Of a DNA stretch of 64,000 nucleotides, positions 24,201-38,479 are shown one piece after another (position 1 is the stretch's first letter; each line of letters opens with the position of its first letter). Origin of the DNA: Macrostomum lignano (Eukaryota); the NCBI GenBank assembly GCA_002269645.1, contig NIVC01001081.1, positions 248,001-312,000 on the forward strand. The letters run 5' to 3'. The notes beneath the pieces are model-generated. The model worked only from the letters and a program-made list of their open reading frames with translations. It was not told the DNA's origin and made no database searches. The translations under genes and the position numbers were made by a program.

Positions 24201-26149
24201 GTTTTGTGTTGGCTTGATGGTCTGGAGAACCCCCCCCCTCAAGCCCCGCAAATCCACAAACATAGAGGGAGGGGGTGAGGGAGGACACATCACAATTGCA
24301 GAGCTATTAATTAGGCCTGTTTATTCTGCCATCAGCCAGCCAGCCGTCCCGAGTCTGAGCAAACAGTTGTGATAAAATGAATTTTGTCGCCTTTAATAGG
24401 GAGCCGGGTTGGCTTATTCTGTACGCGGCGGGCTAATTAATTGCTTCGCGCCAATGTACACTAAGTCAGTGTACACGCATTCACGCGAGTGTACATTGGA
24501 TAAGCCTTATCAATCTATATAACTCCGTCAGCTCGTAATAGCGCGCGCTTGCGAGAGAAATTTTAAAAGTTCCTCAAAGTCGGCCGTTGACGAAGCATAG
24601 ATTACGCTTTCTAGGCTCGAACTTACGAAGCAGCTTATGCGAGAAAAATCGCAAGTCAAGGAGGAGGACTGGACTGGGTAGGACCGAACAACAGCCAAAC
24701 CAGAGCCTTGTCTTTCTCCTGTCTCACTCCCCGGGAGCCTAATGATGCTAATTAAAAATTTCGTAGGAGTCAGCGGCTTAGGTTTGGTAGGCTGGACGCC
24801 AGTGAGCGAGGTTAATAAAGCAGGGCTACTGGGAAAGAGGCCTCGGCCTGTGGGAGGGGAGTGGGGAGGCCAGCGGACGGGAGGTCAATACTTAATTAGA
24901 CACAGAAGGGCTGCTTCTCCCATCTCCCAACCCCGGCGCTCCTCGCCTCCCCAAATCTTCTCCGTTGCTCCTCCCAATCTTGGCCATCGGGCCGAGACGT
25001 GTGTCTTAATTGATGTCGAAATAATTGCATGAAATGCTACAGATTGGGATTGGGGCGACACAGATGAGCGCGAGGGAAATGAGAGGGAGAAACAGGAGAG
25101 AGAAAAGTGGAGTTTTCTTCTGCTCCCTTCCTGCAAGAATTCTCCCAAACCGAAGGCCTCCAAATCCTCTATTGCTTACTTCCTTTTGCCAACCTCATTT
25201 GCCTCTCGACTCTCACTCTCCTCTTGCCTCCCCAATTCTCCCCTTTTTCTTATATTTTTTCTCCACTCTCTTTACTTTCAATTACTCTCTCGCCGCCCAG
25301 TTGCAAGCCCGACCGTCCGTGTAATTAATGTGTTTCCAACTGCCCCCCCGAGCCCCTCTTGACGTCTCCACACTTCTCTCCCGCTGGCCTCCGCTCTCCG
25401 ACCCTCTCTCGGCTGCTGCTCTATTTTTTCTGCAGACCCCCCTCACCTTCGGTTTCTCCCATCCATCCTAGGAGAGTCTCCTCTGCTACCTGACTGTGCG
25501 CTGCAGCCTCTTTCAAATTAACGCAATTAGTATCAGGTTACGCAGGCGAAAGTCGGGAAGGCGAGGAGGCGCGCGCAGATAAATGAGCGAATAGGGGGGG
25601 GGGGGTGTTTGTACGAGGGCCGGGCGAGTGTCAGGTGGGAGTGGGAGGCAGGGGAGACGCACGGGCAAACTTAAAAACACAACCAGCTGGATAGGCGGAG
25701 GACAGCCGTCGGAAAATTGCTTCAATTACAGCTTCTGCATAATTCCCCCCTCGCCCGCGATGGCCTGCTTCTTCTCTTCTTGTGCCTCTTTTTGCTTCGT
25801 AATTTGCCTGCGTCATTCTCTGCCTTTTTATTCTCTTTATCCTGCTGTCCTGGGATAATTATTATTCCTCACATTTCCACTGTTTGCCCCAGCGAAATCG
25901 AAAGCTCCTATGCTTGAGCCTGCATGCAGATGCCCTGTACTTTACGAATGTAAACATCTGCAGGAGGGCTTCGGGCACCCTGGTGCTCGCACTCATACGC
26001 ATGCTCACACAGGGTGTACAACAGCCCTGACTTTCATGTACACTCTCTCTGTGCCTTGGGGCTGGGCCCTCATGTAGCCGTGGATCACACGACAACCCAC
26101 CAGACGCGAGTCGTATGCGCTTACCACTGAGCTGCTCGGCCCCCAATCA

Positions 26150-26243
26150 TGTACTATCATGTACTATCATGTACTATCGTGTTATCATGTACTATCATGT
26201 ACTATCATGTACATCATGTACTATCATGTACTATCATGTACTA
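26150..26243 (+). repeat. 10-bp repeat TGTACTATCA just upstream of LMO exon 2
   Basis: Direct reading. Confidence 0.88.
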
Positions 26244-26281
26244 AGGATCAACCGAAACTCCCAACGCCTCCACCCCCGCAG

Positions 26282-26507
26282 GCCACCCAGCGCACCACAC
26301 GGCCGCCGTGATGTCGATGTCAGCCGGAGTGGCCTGGTGCGCGGGCTGCGGCTGCCAGATCACCGAGCAGTTCCTGCTGCAGGCCGTCGACCGCTGCTGG
26401 CACACCCGCTGCCTGAAGTGCTACCAGTGCGGCTGCGCCCTGTGCGACCTGGGCGACTCCTGCTACTCGCGCGGCGGCATGATCCTGTGCAGGAATGACT
26501 ATCTCAA
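26282..26507 (+). CDS. LMO4: LMO4-like exon 2, LIM domain 1
   Basis: ccccgcag acceptor. CAGCGCQITEQFLLQAVDRCWHTRCLKCYQCGCAL..SCYSRGGMILCRNDYL matches LMO4 LIM1 (SCYTKSGMILCRNDY). Donor gtgagt at 26508, phase 2. Confidence 0.92.
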
Positions 26508-27807
26508 GTGAGTTGGCGGCCTGCTCGAGAGAGGGTGAGGAGTAGAGAGCAAGAGACGGAGGGAGAGGGAGGCTGAGAAAGTAAGTGCACAAACGGAAGG
26601 CACAAGGTCTAATAAGAGAAAGACAAATAGGAGAGAGAAAAGCCTAGTTTGACTACCGTCTACCGATATGTATCGTAGTTAACTAGTGAAGCAGGCGAAT
26701 TCAATTCGAATCCCAGTTTTGCGTACAGTTTTATTCTCAGGCTGCACGCACTCAGATCCTCAAATCGAATTTCAATCCCAAAGTCAGAGTGGAGCAGCAG
26801 CATAAAAGGGGTGAGAGAAGGCAACTGTTGGGTGGGCCCTGAGCAAATGGATGATGGAGTTAGGCTGGACGCGGGAGTCAGATAAAGCTCCGCATATAAG
26901 TGAATTCCGAGAAAACTCCCCTCTCAGCTACGTGACATGTTTTGATGGAGCTCGCGGCGGAGGGAGGCTGGGGGATGGAGCAAGGCCTTCCCGGCAATTA
27001 ACTTTAATGATGCCTGCCCGGCCATTGACTTGCGTATAAATTGGGTGTATAAAATGTATATCTATCGCAACCGAGGCCTAATTGCCCGCGTAATAATTAC
27101 GCTAATTATATTAGAACCCGTATATACATATATATATGTGTGCATATATATAAAATTCAGGCCTGCCCCAGCCCCAGCCTGCCCTGCTGGTAATTTTGCT
27201 GATGACTTCGTTGTGTGCCGTGTGTGTGTGTGGGTGCTGAGAGGCTGAGCTGGTGGGTGCGTTATCTCGCCACCGCAATAATGGCCCCCCGGGCCGCCCA
27301 GCGCCCCCTCGATTGCTGATAACGGGCCCTGCAATCTTCAATTCGGTCTATTGTGTGATTTATTTGTTCTACCTGCAACGCTGCAATAGGCTGGGCGCAA
27401 TCTTTTTTAGTATTATACAATATCTGATTATATCTGTTTTGAGTGAGATATCCGTGCAATCAGGCCTTTCCGGGAAAAAAAACTATTTTAAGTGCTCTCA
27501 TGAAGTATAACAACAAACAGCTGTTCCTTCTGGCCAATTAATTTATTTTATCAGTTATCCGCCGTAAATCTTTGCAATTTTCCTTAGCCTCCCTCCCCAC
27601 CCCACACTTCACTAGCACCCCACCCCACACTTCATAGTCGCATTGTCATGAAAATGCGTAAATGGCACGTAATTTCCAAGGCATTTTATGTGTCCTCTAA
27701 CCGTTCGCAAAATAAATTAGTCTAACTATTGTAACAGCGCTAATAAATTAAAAGCTCATAAGTAACTTTAGGCAAGACTTTCAAGCACAAATAAAGCCCC
27801 TCTGATG

Positions 27808-29040
27808 AGACCCTAGCACAGCCCAGCCGCCCCAAGCCCCCCCCCCCCCGATAAGACCCTAACACAACACAGCCACCCCAAACCCCTCCCCGATAAGACC
27901 CTAACACAACACAGCCATCCCAAGCCCCTCCCCGATAAGACCCTAACACAACACAGCCACCCCAAGCCCCTCCCCGATAAGACCCTAACACAACACAGCC
28001 ACCCCAAACCCCTCCCCGATAAGACCCTAACACAACACAGCCACCCCAAACCCCTCCCCGATAAGACCCTAACACAACACAGCCACCCAAACCCCTCCCC
28101 GATAAGACCCTAACACAACACAGCCACCCAAACCCCTCCCCGATAAGACCCTAACACAACACAGCCACCCAAACCCTTCCCCGATAAGACCCTAGCACAA
28201 CACAGCCACCCCAAACCCCTCCCCGATAAGACCCTAGCACAACACAGCCACCCAAACCCCTCCCCGATAAGACCCTAGCACAACACAGCCACCCAAACCC
28301 CTCCCCGATAAGACCCTAGCACAACACAGCCACCCAAACCCCTCCCCGATAAGACCCTAGCACAACACAGCCACCCAAACCCCTCCCTGATAAGACCCTA
28401 ACACAACACAGCCACCCAAACCCCTCCCCGATAAGACCCTAGCACAACACAGCCACCCAAACCCCTCCCCGATAAGACCCTAGCACAACACAGCCACCCA
28501 AACCCCTCCCCGATAAGACCCTAGCACAACACAGCCACCCAAACCCCTCCCCGATAAGACCCTAACACAACACAGCCACCCAAACCCCTCCCCGATAAGA
28601 CCCTAACACAACACAGCCACCCAAACCCCTCCCCGATAAGACCCTAGCACAACACAGCCACCCAAACCCTTCCCCGATAAGACCCTAGCACAACACAGCC
28701 ACCCCAAACCCCTCCCCGATAAGACCCTAACACAACACAGCCACCCAAACCCCTCCCCGATAAGACCCTAGCACAACACAGCCACCCAAACCCCTCCCCG
28801 ATAAGACCCTAACACAACACAGCCACCCAAACCCTTCCCCGATAAGACCCTAGCACAACACAGCCACTCCAAACCCCTCCCCGATAAGACCCTAGCACAA
28901 CACAGCCACCCAAACCCCTCCCCGATAAGACCCTAACACAACACAGCCACCCAAACCCCTCCCCGATAAGACCCTAACACAACACAGCCACCCAAACCCC
29001 TCCCCGATAAGACCCTAGCACAACACAGCCACTCCAAACC
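27808..29040 (+). repeat. 41-bp minisatellite CCCAAACCCCTCCCCGATAAGACCCTAGCACAACACAGCCA
   Basis: About 30 units, ending about 55 nt before the LMO exon 3 acceptor. Confidence 0.94.
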
Positions 29041-29095
29041 AATCCCCTCAGACGCTTGTAAAATCAACCAACGCACAACTTCATCGATTCTTCAG

Positions 29096-29468
29096 GATGT
29101 TCGGCAGCCAAGGCACCTGCTCCGGCTGCTCGTCGCCCATTTCCGCCACTGAGTTCGTGCTGCGATCCCACAACAAAGTTTACCACGTGAATTGCTTTGT
29201 CTGCTCGCACTGCCACTCGCAGCTGCAGCCGGGGGACCGCTACGCCATCGCCAACGGTCTGCCAGTCTGCGAGGGCGACTTCCCTAAGGTTTTTGGCGCA
29301 CAGCAGCAGCAGCAGCAGCCGGCTGGGCAAGCGACAACCGGCAACAAGCGTGGCGGCGGCAAGAAAAAGCAGCCAACGCAGAAACAACAACAACAACAGC
29401 AACAACAACAACAACAGCAGCAGCAGTCAGCAGCCAATCAGAGCGGGCAATTGCAGTCAGTTTGCTAG
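29096..29468 (+). CDS. LMO4: LMO4-like exon 3, LIM domain 2 and Gln-rich tail
   Basis: ttcag acceptor; AA+G gives Lys. MFGSQGTCSGC..VYHVNCFVCSHC..LQPGDRY..VCEGD is LIM2; no homeodomain follows; ends in VC* like LMO4. The spliced CDS is 756 nt, 251 aa. Confidence 0.92.
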
Positions 29469-30297
29469 TCTACTGTTCCTGCACTGAGTCAGATTCACCT
29501 CTCAAAAACGCGGACTGAAGCCCACCCTGTCATGCACGACATAGCAGGCTGCAGCACGATAAAGGCTTGGCGTCGGCCAATCAGAGAGCACAAACTGACT
29601 GAAAATGCGCTTTTTGAAAGTGATTGTTGACTTCGCTAAGAGCACTTCATTCCCCGATAAAGCTTACTGTAAGATTTTGTATAACGTACACTGTATCTCC
29701 ACCACTCGCCATGTACACAATGGACTCAAAACCCTTGTACCGAAGCTGTTAATTGTCTTATTCTTACCAATTAAATTCTCCTTATAATTTGCCTCCTTTG
29801 TGTTAACTCTGTTCGCTCGAGGCGCAAGGAGCTTGTCCTATCTGTACATATATTTGTTCGTGTTGACTTCGTGCTAATTATGTAGGTCTAAATTTATAAA
29901 AAATCGGTTTAGTACAAGGCGTAATTCGTGTTTTATGAATAGAACGTACGTAAACTCATTGTTTTGTCTTTTTTGGCATGCTCTGCCTAGTTAATGTAAA
30001 AAGATAAAATATGTTTCCTCTTCTACATCGATCATTTTTTAGTTGCCTGTTTTTCGCAATATCGCGTTTCAATTGGTAAATTTGCAAGGGAAATTTCAGA
30101 TTAATAATCATCTTTTTGAGCTTTCGAGCCTCGTAAACTTGTTGCGCATTATTTTCTTCGCTCATTAACATGTTATTAGAGCAAATACACTTCAGTAGCG
30201 AATCGCGATTGAATTTCAGATTGGATGAAAACATTTTTTCTTGCACTAAATGTTATTTTAGTTGTTGATAATGGCCATTGAAGAGCCATACAATCAA

Positions 30298-30660
30298 TCT
30301 AGCACAACACAGCCACCCCAAACCCCTTAGCCGATAATACCCTAGCACAGCCCAGCTACCCCAATCCCCTGCCCGATAAGACCCTAGCACAACACAACCA
30401 ACCCAAACCCCTCCCTGATAAGACCCTAGCACAACACAGCCACCCCAAACCCCTCCCCGATAAGACGCTAGCACAACACAGCCACCCCAAACCCTTCCCC
30501 GATAAGACCCTAGCACAACACAGCCACCCCAAACCCCTCCCCGATAAGACGCTAGCACAACACAGCCACCCCAAACCCTTCCCCGATAAGACCCTAACAC
30601 AACACAACCAACCCCAAACTCCTCCTTGATAAGGCCCTAGCACAGCCCAGTCACCCCATT
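30298..30660 (+). repeat. Second, more degenerate array of the 41/42-bp minisatellite
   Basis: Same unit and same orientation. Confidence 0.88.
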
Positions 30661-31694
30661 TACGACGCTAGCACATAACAGGCACACCAAACCCCTGTCC
30701 GATATGACCATTACACAGTCCACTACCCGGAACCCTCTCCGATAGCAAAGCCCAGCCAACAAAAAACCTTTTTCAAAGAACTTCACATGTATATCGTTCC
30801 AGTCGAACAAAAACTTTCAAGAAAGCTATTTGCCACCCCTCATCTTGTTTGCTTTACAATAAAGTTCAAGCAAACTGGTTTTACCAGATAGCAATTTCTT
30901 GCAGGCTTAATAAAGCTGTATTTAAGCAATCTGCCACGCGACTAATTGATTGTTTAATTAGCTTTCCTTTCACCCTTTCTTTATTAATTGGCTAATCCAA
31001 TTTGTATTGAGTCCACTCTCGGGGACGAGTACTGACCCGCAGTGCAAGGCTCTTTAGCAGAAGAGGAAGGCAATTCAGTCAGTCTCAACCTTGCCTTTTA
31101 GCCCATGTAACTAACTCTGCAGTGTGTGCAGTGTGATAATATTTACCAGAAGACAAACGCTAATTAGAGAGCAAGGGAGAGAAAATGCGAGACCCAGAGC
31201 AGACTGATGACAGGGGTGGAGCTCGCTAATATCTACTATAGCTAGCAGTCACACAATCAGCCTGTGAGTCCACCTGCGATTCAGCCGAGCTCCTGCTCAT
31301 GCCCCTGTTCTACAATACAACGTTAGCACAAGTCACTCTCTGGTCTCTGCTTTCCTCTCCACACTTTACTCTATTCTCCTTGTCTCTAATCTTCTCTCCT
31401 CTCCTCTCTTCTCTCTTTCCCGCCATCTGCCATCAGTCTCTTCTATGATTTACTCCATTTATCGCACTCCTGCATGCGTCCTCGATATTCTACCCTCTCA
31501 TCTGCTCCCACTCTCTCACAGTTCTCGCATTTCACACTTTTTTGACCCAACAAAATTTGTTCACTTCCTCTGGTTTGTTCTCAAACGGCCTTAATTGCCG
31601 AACAATCTGCTGCAAAGAATCCACCCACGCACGGCGATGGTGCAGTGAGAATTCGCGTTTGGAGCCAATTTACTCATCACCAGGACATTGTCTC

Positions 31695-34025
31695 AGTGAC
31701 ACTACCAGTGACTATTCAGTGACTATTCAGTGACTATTTAGTGACTATTTAGTGACTATTCAGTAACTATCCAGTGACACTACCAGTGACTATTCAGTGA
31801 CTATTCAGTGACTATTTAGTGACTATTTAGTGACTATTCAGTAACTATCCAGTGACACTACCAGTGACTATTCAGTGACTATCCAATGACACTCGCAGTG
31901 ACTATTCAGTGACTCTCCAGTGACACTACCAGTGACTATCCAGTGACACTACCAGTGACTATTCAGTGACTATCCAGTGACACTACCAGTGACTATTCAG
32001 TGACTATTCAGTGACTATTCAGTGACTATTCAGTGACTATTCAGTGACTATTCAGTGACTATCCAATGACACTCGCAGTGACTATTCAGTGACTATTCAG
32101 TGACTATTCAGTGACTATCCAGTGACACTACCAGTGACTATTCAGTGACTATCCAGTGACACTACCAGTGACTATTCAGTGACTATCCAGTGACACTACC
32201 AGTGACTATTCAGTGACTATTCAGTGGCTATTCAGTGACACTACCAGTGACTATTCAGTGACTATTCAGTGACTATTCAGTGACTATTCAGTGACTATCC
32301 AGTGACACTACCAGTGACTATTCAGTGACTATTCAGTGACTATTCAGTGACTATCCAGTGACACTACCAGTGACTATTCAGTGACTATCCAGTGACACTA
32401 CCAGTGACTATTCAGTGACTATCCAGTGACACTACCAGTGACTATTCAGTGACTATTCAGTGACACTACCAGTGACTATTCAGTGACTATCCAGTGACAC
32501 TACCAGTGACTATTCAGTGACTATCCAGTGACACTACCAGTGACTATTCAGTGACTATCCAGTGACACTACCAGTGACTATTCAGTGACTATCCAGTGAC
32601 ACTACCAGTGACTATTCAGTGACTATTCATTGACCATCCAATGACACTCGCAGTGACTATTCAGTGACCATCCAATGACACTCGCAGTGACTATTCAGTG
32701 ACCATCCAATGACACTCGCAGTGACTATTCAGTGACTATTCAGTAACTATTCAGTGACCATCCAATGACACTCGCAGTGACTATTCAGTGACTATTCAGT
32801 GACTATTCAGTGACTATTCAGTGACTATTCAGTGACTATTCAGTGACTATTCAGTGACTATTCAGTGACTATTCAGTGACACTTTCAGTGACTACTCAGT
32901 GACTCTCTCAATGACTATTCAGTGACTATCCAATGACACTCGCAGTGACTATTCAGTGACTATTCAGTGACTATTCAGTGACTATCCAGTGACACTACCA
33001 GTGACTATTCAGTGACTATCCAGTGACACTACCAGTGACTATTCAGTGACTATCCAGTGACACTACCAGTGACTATTCAGTGACTATTCAGTGGCTATTC
33101 AGTGACACTACCAGTGACTATTCAGTGACTATTCAGTGACTATTCAGTGACTATTCAGTGACTATCCAGTGACACTACCAGTGACTATTCAGTGACTATT
33201 CAGTGACTATTCAGTGACTATCCAGTGACACTACCAGTGACTATTCAGTGACTATTCAGTGGCTATTCAGTGACACTACCAGTGACTATTCAGTGACTAT
33301 TCAGTGACTATTCAGTGACTATTCAGTGACTATCCAGTGACACTACCAGTGACTATTCAGTGACTATTCAGTGACTATTCAGTGACTATCCAGTGACACT
33401 ACCAGTGACTATTCAGTGACTATCCAGTGACACTACCAGTGACTATTCAGTGACTATCCAGTGACACTACCAGTGACTATTCAGTGACTATTCAGTGACA
33501 CTACCAGTGACTATTCAGTGACTATCCAGTGACACTACCAGTGACTATTCAGTGACTATCCAGTGACACTACCAGTGACTATTCAGTGACTATCCAGTGA
33601 CACTACCAGTGACTATTCAGTGACTATCCAGTGACACTACCAGTGACTATTCAGTGACTATTCATTGACCATCCAATGACACTCGCAGTGACTATTCAGT
33701 GACCATCCAATGACACTCGCAGTGACTATTCAGTGACCATCCAATGACACTCGCAGTGACTATTCAGTGACTATTCAGTAACTATTCAGTGACCATCCAA
33801 TGACACTCGCAGTGACTATTCAGTGACTATTCAGTGACTATTCAGTGACTATTCAGTGACTATTCAGTGACTATTCAGTGACTATTCAGTGACTATTCAG
33901 TGACTATTCAGTGACTATTCAGTGACTATTCAGTGACTATTCAGTGACACTTTCAGTGACTACTCAGTGACTCTCTCAATGACTATTCAGTGACTATCAA
34001 ATGACACTCGCAGTGACTATTCTGT
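31695..34025 (+). repeat. 11-bp-based satellite CAGTGACTATT with higher-order variants (CAGTGACACTAC)
   Basis: Direct reading. Confidence 0.95.
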
Positions 34026-35444
34026 GACGCTCGCGCATCCAAACGTCAATTTTGGGGAAAAAACCTATATGAAGTTTTTGCTGTCGTTAAAAAGCCAACA
34101 ATATTTTTAAAAGCAGAGGGTCTTGAAAGCTCGCCGCAGAATGGTTAAAGCATCCGAACAGAGCCGGTGAGCATCCCGCGTGTGAGAGGAATCGAGGGAG
34201 AGAGAGAGTGGGGGAAGTGGAGGAGAGGAACCTGTTAATTACTCAAGCAGAGCGGATTAAAAACCCATTAGCATTGGGGTCTCTCGGAACGCCTTTGATT
34301 GGCATTAGCATGAGGCCTAAGAGCAGGCGAAAGGCCTTTTAGCATTGTCGAAAATGCGTCACAGCCTTCATAGAGGGGCGAAGGAAGGAGAGGGGAGTCG
34401 GGCAGATATGGGAGAGCGAGCTGTGCGAGCCGCGGCCCAAGTTAATGCATTTGCGAACGGCCAACCCCAAATCCCCTGTTTTCACAGCAAACAGGCAATC
34501 ATATATTATATGTATGCCGCAGCACCCCTAATGGCACCCCCGGTGTTTGTGTTAGTTACAGCTGTCAGCCCGGCCACTGCAGCCTCCCCATCCGGGATAT
34601 TGGATCCGCAATGCGGAACCGGGCATGGTGGCAAGGGAGAAATGAGATGAAGTTGTCTTTCGTGGCCTTCAAATTCAAACTGCGGACCATAGGCGGGATG
34701 GGGGGGGGGGCAATTTTCTGCAGCACGGGTACGGCCCGTGGGATAAAAATCCCCTTGCATCCATCCTGAATCCCCCCTCCGATGTCAAGAATTCAGGAAG
34801 GGCGGGCGTGCACAGAAAAGTCTTTAGGGAAGAGAATGGGCTGAGAGTGTGGGAGGCAGAGTCTTGAGTCGCTGGAGTGAGATGGCTGGGGGGGGGGGTC
34901 GGGTCGATTTTTTTATTCTCCCACTCAAACCAGCCCTTCCCACTTTGAGGACGGCGCCCGGAAGTGCCTAATTGCCTTTGCCAATTCAGCGGAAGTCGCT
35001 TTTGGATTTTTTTCCTGACTCAACTTCCTAAGGGGATACGGCGCTGTCGTGTTGGGTGGCGGGAGCGCGATATTCAAGAGTTCAATATCAGTGGGATACA
35101 ACTCCAGTAATTCTATTTTGGCATATGAAAGCTTCAGGGAACTGTCGAATTTGGGAATCAGCGGATTCGGATTTTGCAGACTAAAAGCAATGCGCGATCC
35201 TGACAGTCAGATAGAGGCACATTTGCTTGGCCGCTGTGATGTTTGAACAGGCCTTTTTAAAAGATAATATCTGCATTAGTTAAGCATCTAAACAGCCTGC
35301 AGTAGATTGTTTGGATTTATCCGGCTTTTTCATGCAAACTGTTTGTTATAATTAAACAAATCGTGATGCGTTTGCCTTGTTTATTAATCTGCTGCTTGGT
35401 GACAGTCTTGGGAGTCAATCGAGCTGCTCTGTATCCGGGCTGCG

Positions 35445-35670
35445 ATGGGGAGAGGGGAGAGATGGGAGAGATGGGATAGAGGAGAGAGGGGAGACAGGGG
35501 AGAGAGAGGGGAGAGGGGAGAGAGGAGATGGAGGGGAGAGGAGAGAGGAGAGAGGAGAGAGGAGAGAGGAGAGAGGAGAGTGGGAGAGAGGGGGATAAAG
35601 AGGGGAGAGAGGGAGAGAGTGGAGAGGGGAGATAGGGGAATGAGGGAAGAGGGGAGAGGGGAAGAGAAGG
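35445..35670 (+). repeat. Purine-rich (GA/GGAGA) low-complexity tract
   Basis: Direct reading. Confidence 0.85.
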
Positions 35671-36644
35671 TTAGCCGGGACTTTCTTAGTGCAAGAGGTG
35701 CTGACGATTCAGGATTTAATAAACTTCTCCGAGCTGAAACCTGAAAGCTGATTTGAACTTGGAAAAAGCATAAATGGATGAGTAAATGTAGAAATGGGAT
35801 TGAGGCTTGCAGTATTCAGAGCTGGAGGCATGGAGTGAAGTCGGCGAGAAGGGTGCGGAGCGCAGGAGGCAACAGCAGAAGGCTCAGGTCAGCCTGGACA
35901 AGCAAGACGTGACATTTGCTGTCAAGCCTGACCTGAGCCTTCAAACTCAAAATCTCAATGGCCGCAATTTATTCTTGAATGTTCAAAAAACTGGCGCAGC
36001 AATTAAGAAAGAAAATTAATTAATTGCTAATGCCTCTTGCCTGGGCTGTGCCGGTCAGGCCGAGCTGACAGCCGCGCGTGCCTGCCTGACAAAAGGGGTG
36101 CAGAGCGCAGAAAAGCATAAATAATTATGTGTATGCGTAGATGAAAAGATGAATTCAATTTTGCCTTCTGCGCAATTAATTCTATCTTTCTCTCTGGCTG
36201 TCTTTTTGTATTCCAACATCAATTTCTTCCATCTGGGAGGCAGGGAGGGCTGCCCGCGATTGTTGCTGGGTATAGGCCTGGCACTCTATTCAATTGAATG
36301 TGCTCGACATTGTTTGGCAAACTCGAAATGTAATTAATTTTTTCCAAGGTAGGTGGATGCAGAGAGCGCGAAAGATTTGGCATTTTTCTCTGCTTGCTTT
36401 TTGCAGTCGAGTCGTGGAAAATGGAATTGAGATTCCAGCTGGACCTGAGAGGACCTGGGACTCATCTGAGAGAGAGTTTCTGGAAATCTTCTGGAATTCC
36501 CAACTGCTATTCAAGGTAAATTCGCTCAGCACCAGAGATTCTCCGTTGGAGATTCCCCTCCCCCAGATTCTCCACGGGATTTACCTTTGAGATTCTCGTC
36601 CGAGACTCTTCTCTGATCCTTTCCCCACAAAAATATCCCCCATA

Positions 36645-37620
36645 GAAATTCTCCCTTGTTATTAGAAATCACCCCTCATAGAAACCCCCCCCCATAGAAA
36701 TCCCCCATAGAAATCCCATAGAGACCCCCACATAGAAATCCCCCCATAGAAATCCCCATAGAGACCCCCACCCATAGAAATCCCCCATAGAAATCCCCAT
36801 AGAGACCCCCACCCATAGAAATCCCCCATAGAAACCCCCACCCATAGAAATCCCCCATAGAAATCCCCACCCATAGAAATCCCCCATAGAAACCCCCACC
36901 CATAGAAATCCCCCATAGAAACCCCCACCCATAGAAATCCCCATAGAAACCCCCACCCATAGAAATCTCCCCATAGAAATCCCCCCATAGAAATCCCCAT
37001 AGAGACCCCCACCCATAGAAATCCCCCATAGAAACCCCCACCCATAGAAATCCCCCATAGAAACCCCCACCCATAGAAATCTCCCCATAGAAATCCCCAT
37101 AGAGACCCCCACCCATAGAAATCCCCCATAGAAACCCCCACCCATAGAAATCCCCCATAGAAACCCCCACCCATAGAAATCTCCCCATAGAAATCCCCAT
37201 AGAGACCCCCACCCATAGAAATCCCCCATAGAAACCCCCACCCATAGAAATCTCCCCATAGAAATCCCCATAGAGACCCCCACCCATAGAAATCCCCCAT
37301 AGAAACCCCCACCCATAGAAATCTCCCCATAGAAATCCCCATAGAGACCCCCACCCATAGAAATCCCCCATAGAAACCCCCACCCATAGAAATCTCCCCA
37401 TAGAAATCCCCATAGAGACCCCCACCCATAGAAATCCCCCATAGAAACCCCCACCCATAGAAATCCCCCATAGAAACCCCCACCCATAGAAATCCCCCAT
37501 AGAGACCCCACTCATAGAAATTCTCCCTCATAGAAATTCTCCCCTGCCATTACAATTCTCCCCCCCATAGAAGCCCCCCAGCCATAGAAATTCTCGCCTA
37601 TAGAAATTCTCCTCCCCAGA
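36645..37620 (+). repeat. CCCCATAGAAA(T/C)-based minisatellite
   Basis: Direct reading. Confidence 0.92.
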
Positions 37621-38479
37621 ATTCTCCCCCTGGAATTTCCGCTTCAGGTTCTCTCTCTACATTCTCCACCGAGATTCTCCCTTCCAGAGAAAAAACCTCA
37701 TAGATCCTCATTCCGAGGCGCCACCTTGAGATTTTCACTTCCATGAGATCTCATGGAAATTCTCCCAATGCAGACATTGCACCCCCCCACTCTGAGTAGC
37801 GATAAGTTTTCGAGACTCTGCGTCGCCCACCAACCATGCATCAATCTTCTACCTGCTAATTAGCAGTAATGAGGCGGACCACAGGCAATTCAGCTAAGTA
37901 GTGGCCGGTGCCGTGTCGTCTCCAGAGTCGGATTTGAGAGCCGCGCGGTCCGGTGCAGATTTGCAATTAAAACAATTGCCTTCGGCTTCAACCCCCCCCC
38001 CCCTCCAGCCCGTGCAATCACAATCACAAAGTATACCAGCGCAGATAAGGCGGGCCGCAGCCGTGCGCATTAAATAAATTGAAGCCCCAGCCCCCATCAA
38101 GCTGAGTGGGGCAATTCTTTTTAAAACTTTTGATTTGCCGCGCGCCGCCCGTCCCCCCATGCGAGGCTGCAATTTAATTAAAAATAATTAATTGTCCCAC
38201 CCCGCGAGCCGGTTGGTCAGTAGTATAGTCCGGTCTAGTAGTACGAGTGGTAGAAATGTTTACAATATTCAGGGACGGTTGGATGCCTTGGATGTCTGGA
38301 TTGGAAAGCGGTACAATATAAGGAGGCCTTCCAAATTGTTCGAACAAGACTACAAGAGATACGAGCGTAGCTAGTAGCTTGCGCTCTAAAATTTGAAGAC
38401 ATTTAAACTTTAATTTTTTTATTCAGCTAAGCAAGGAGCGGCAGCTAAAGATATATTAAAGATCTTTAAACATCTCCTG

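Noticed and set aside
36662-37531. Three ~280-aa Gly/aromatic-rich ORFs on the minus strand
   Set aside because: Open in all three frames because the CCCCATAGAAA repeat lacks stops on that strand; repeat artefact.
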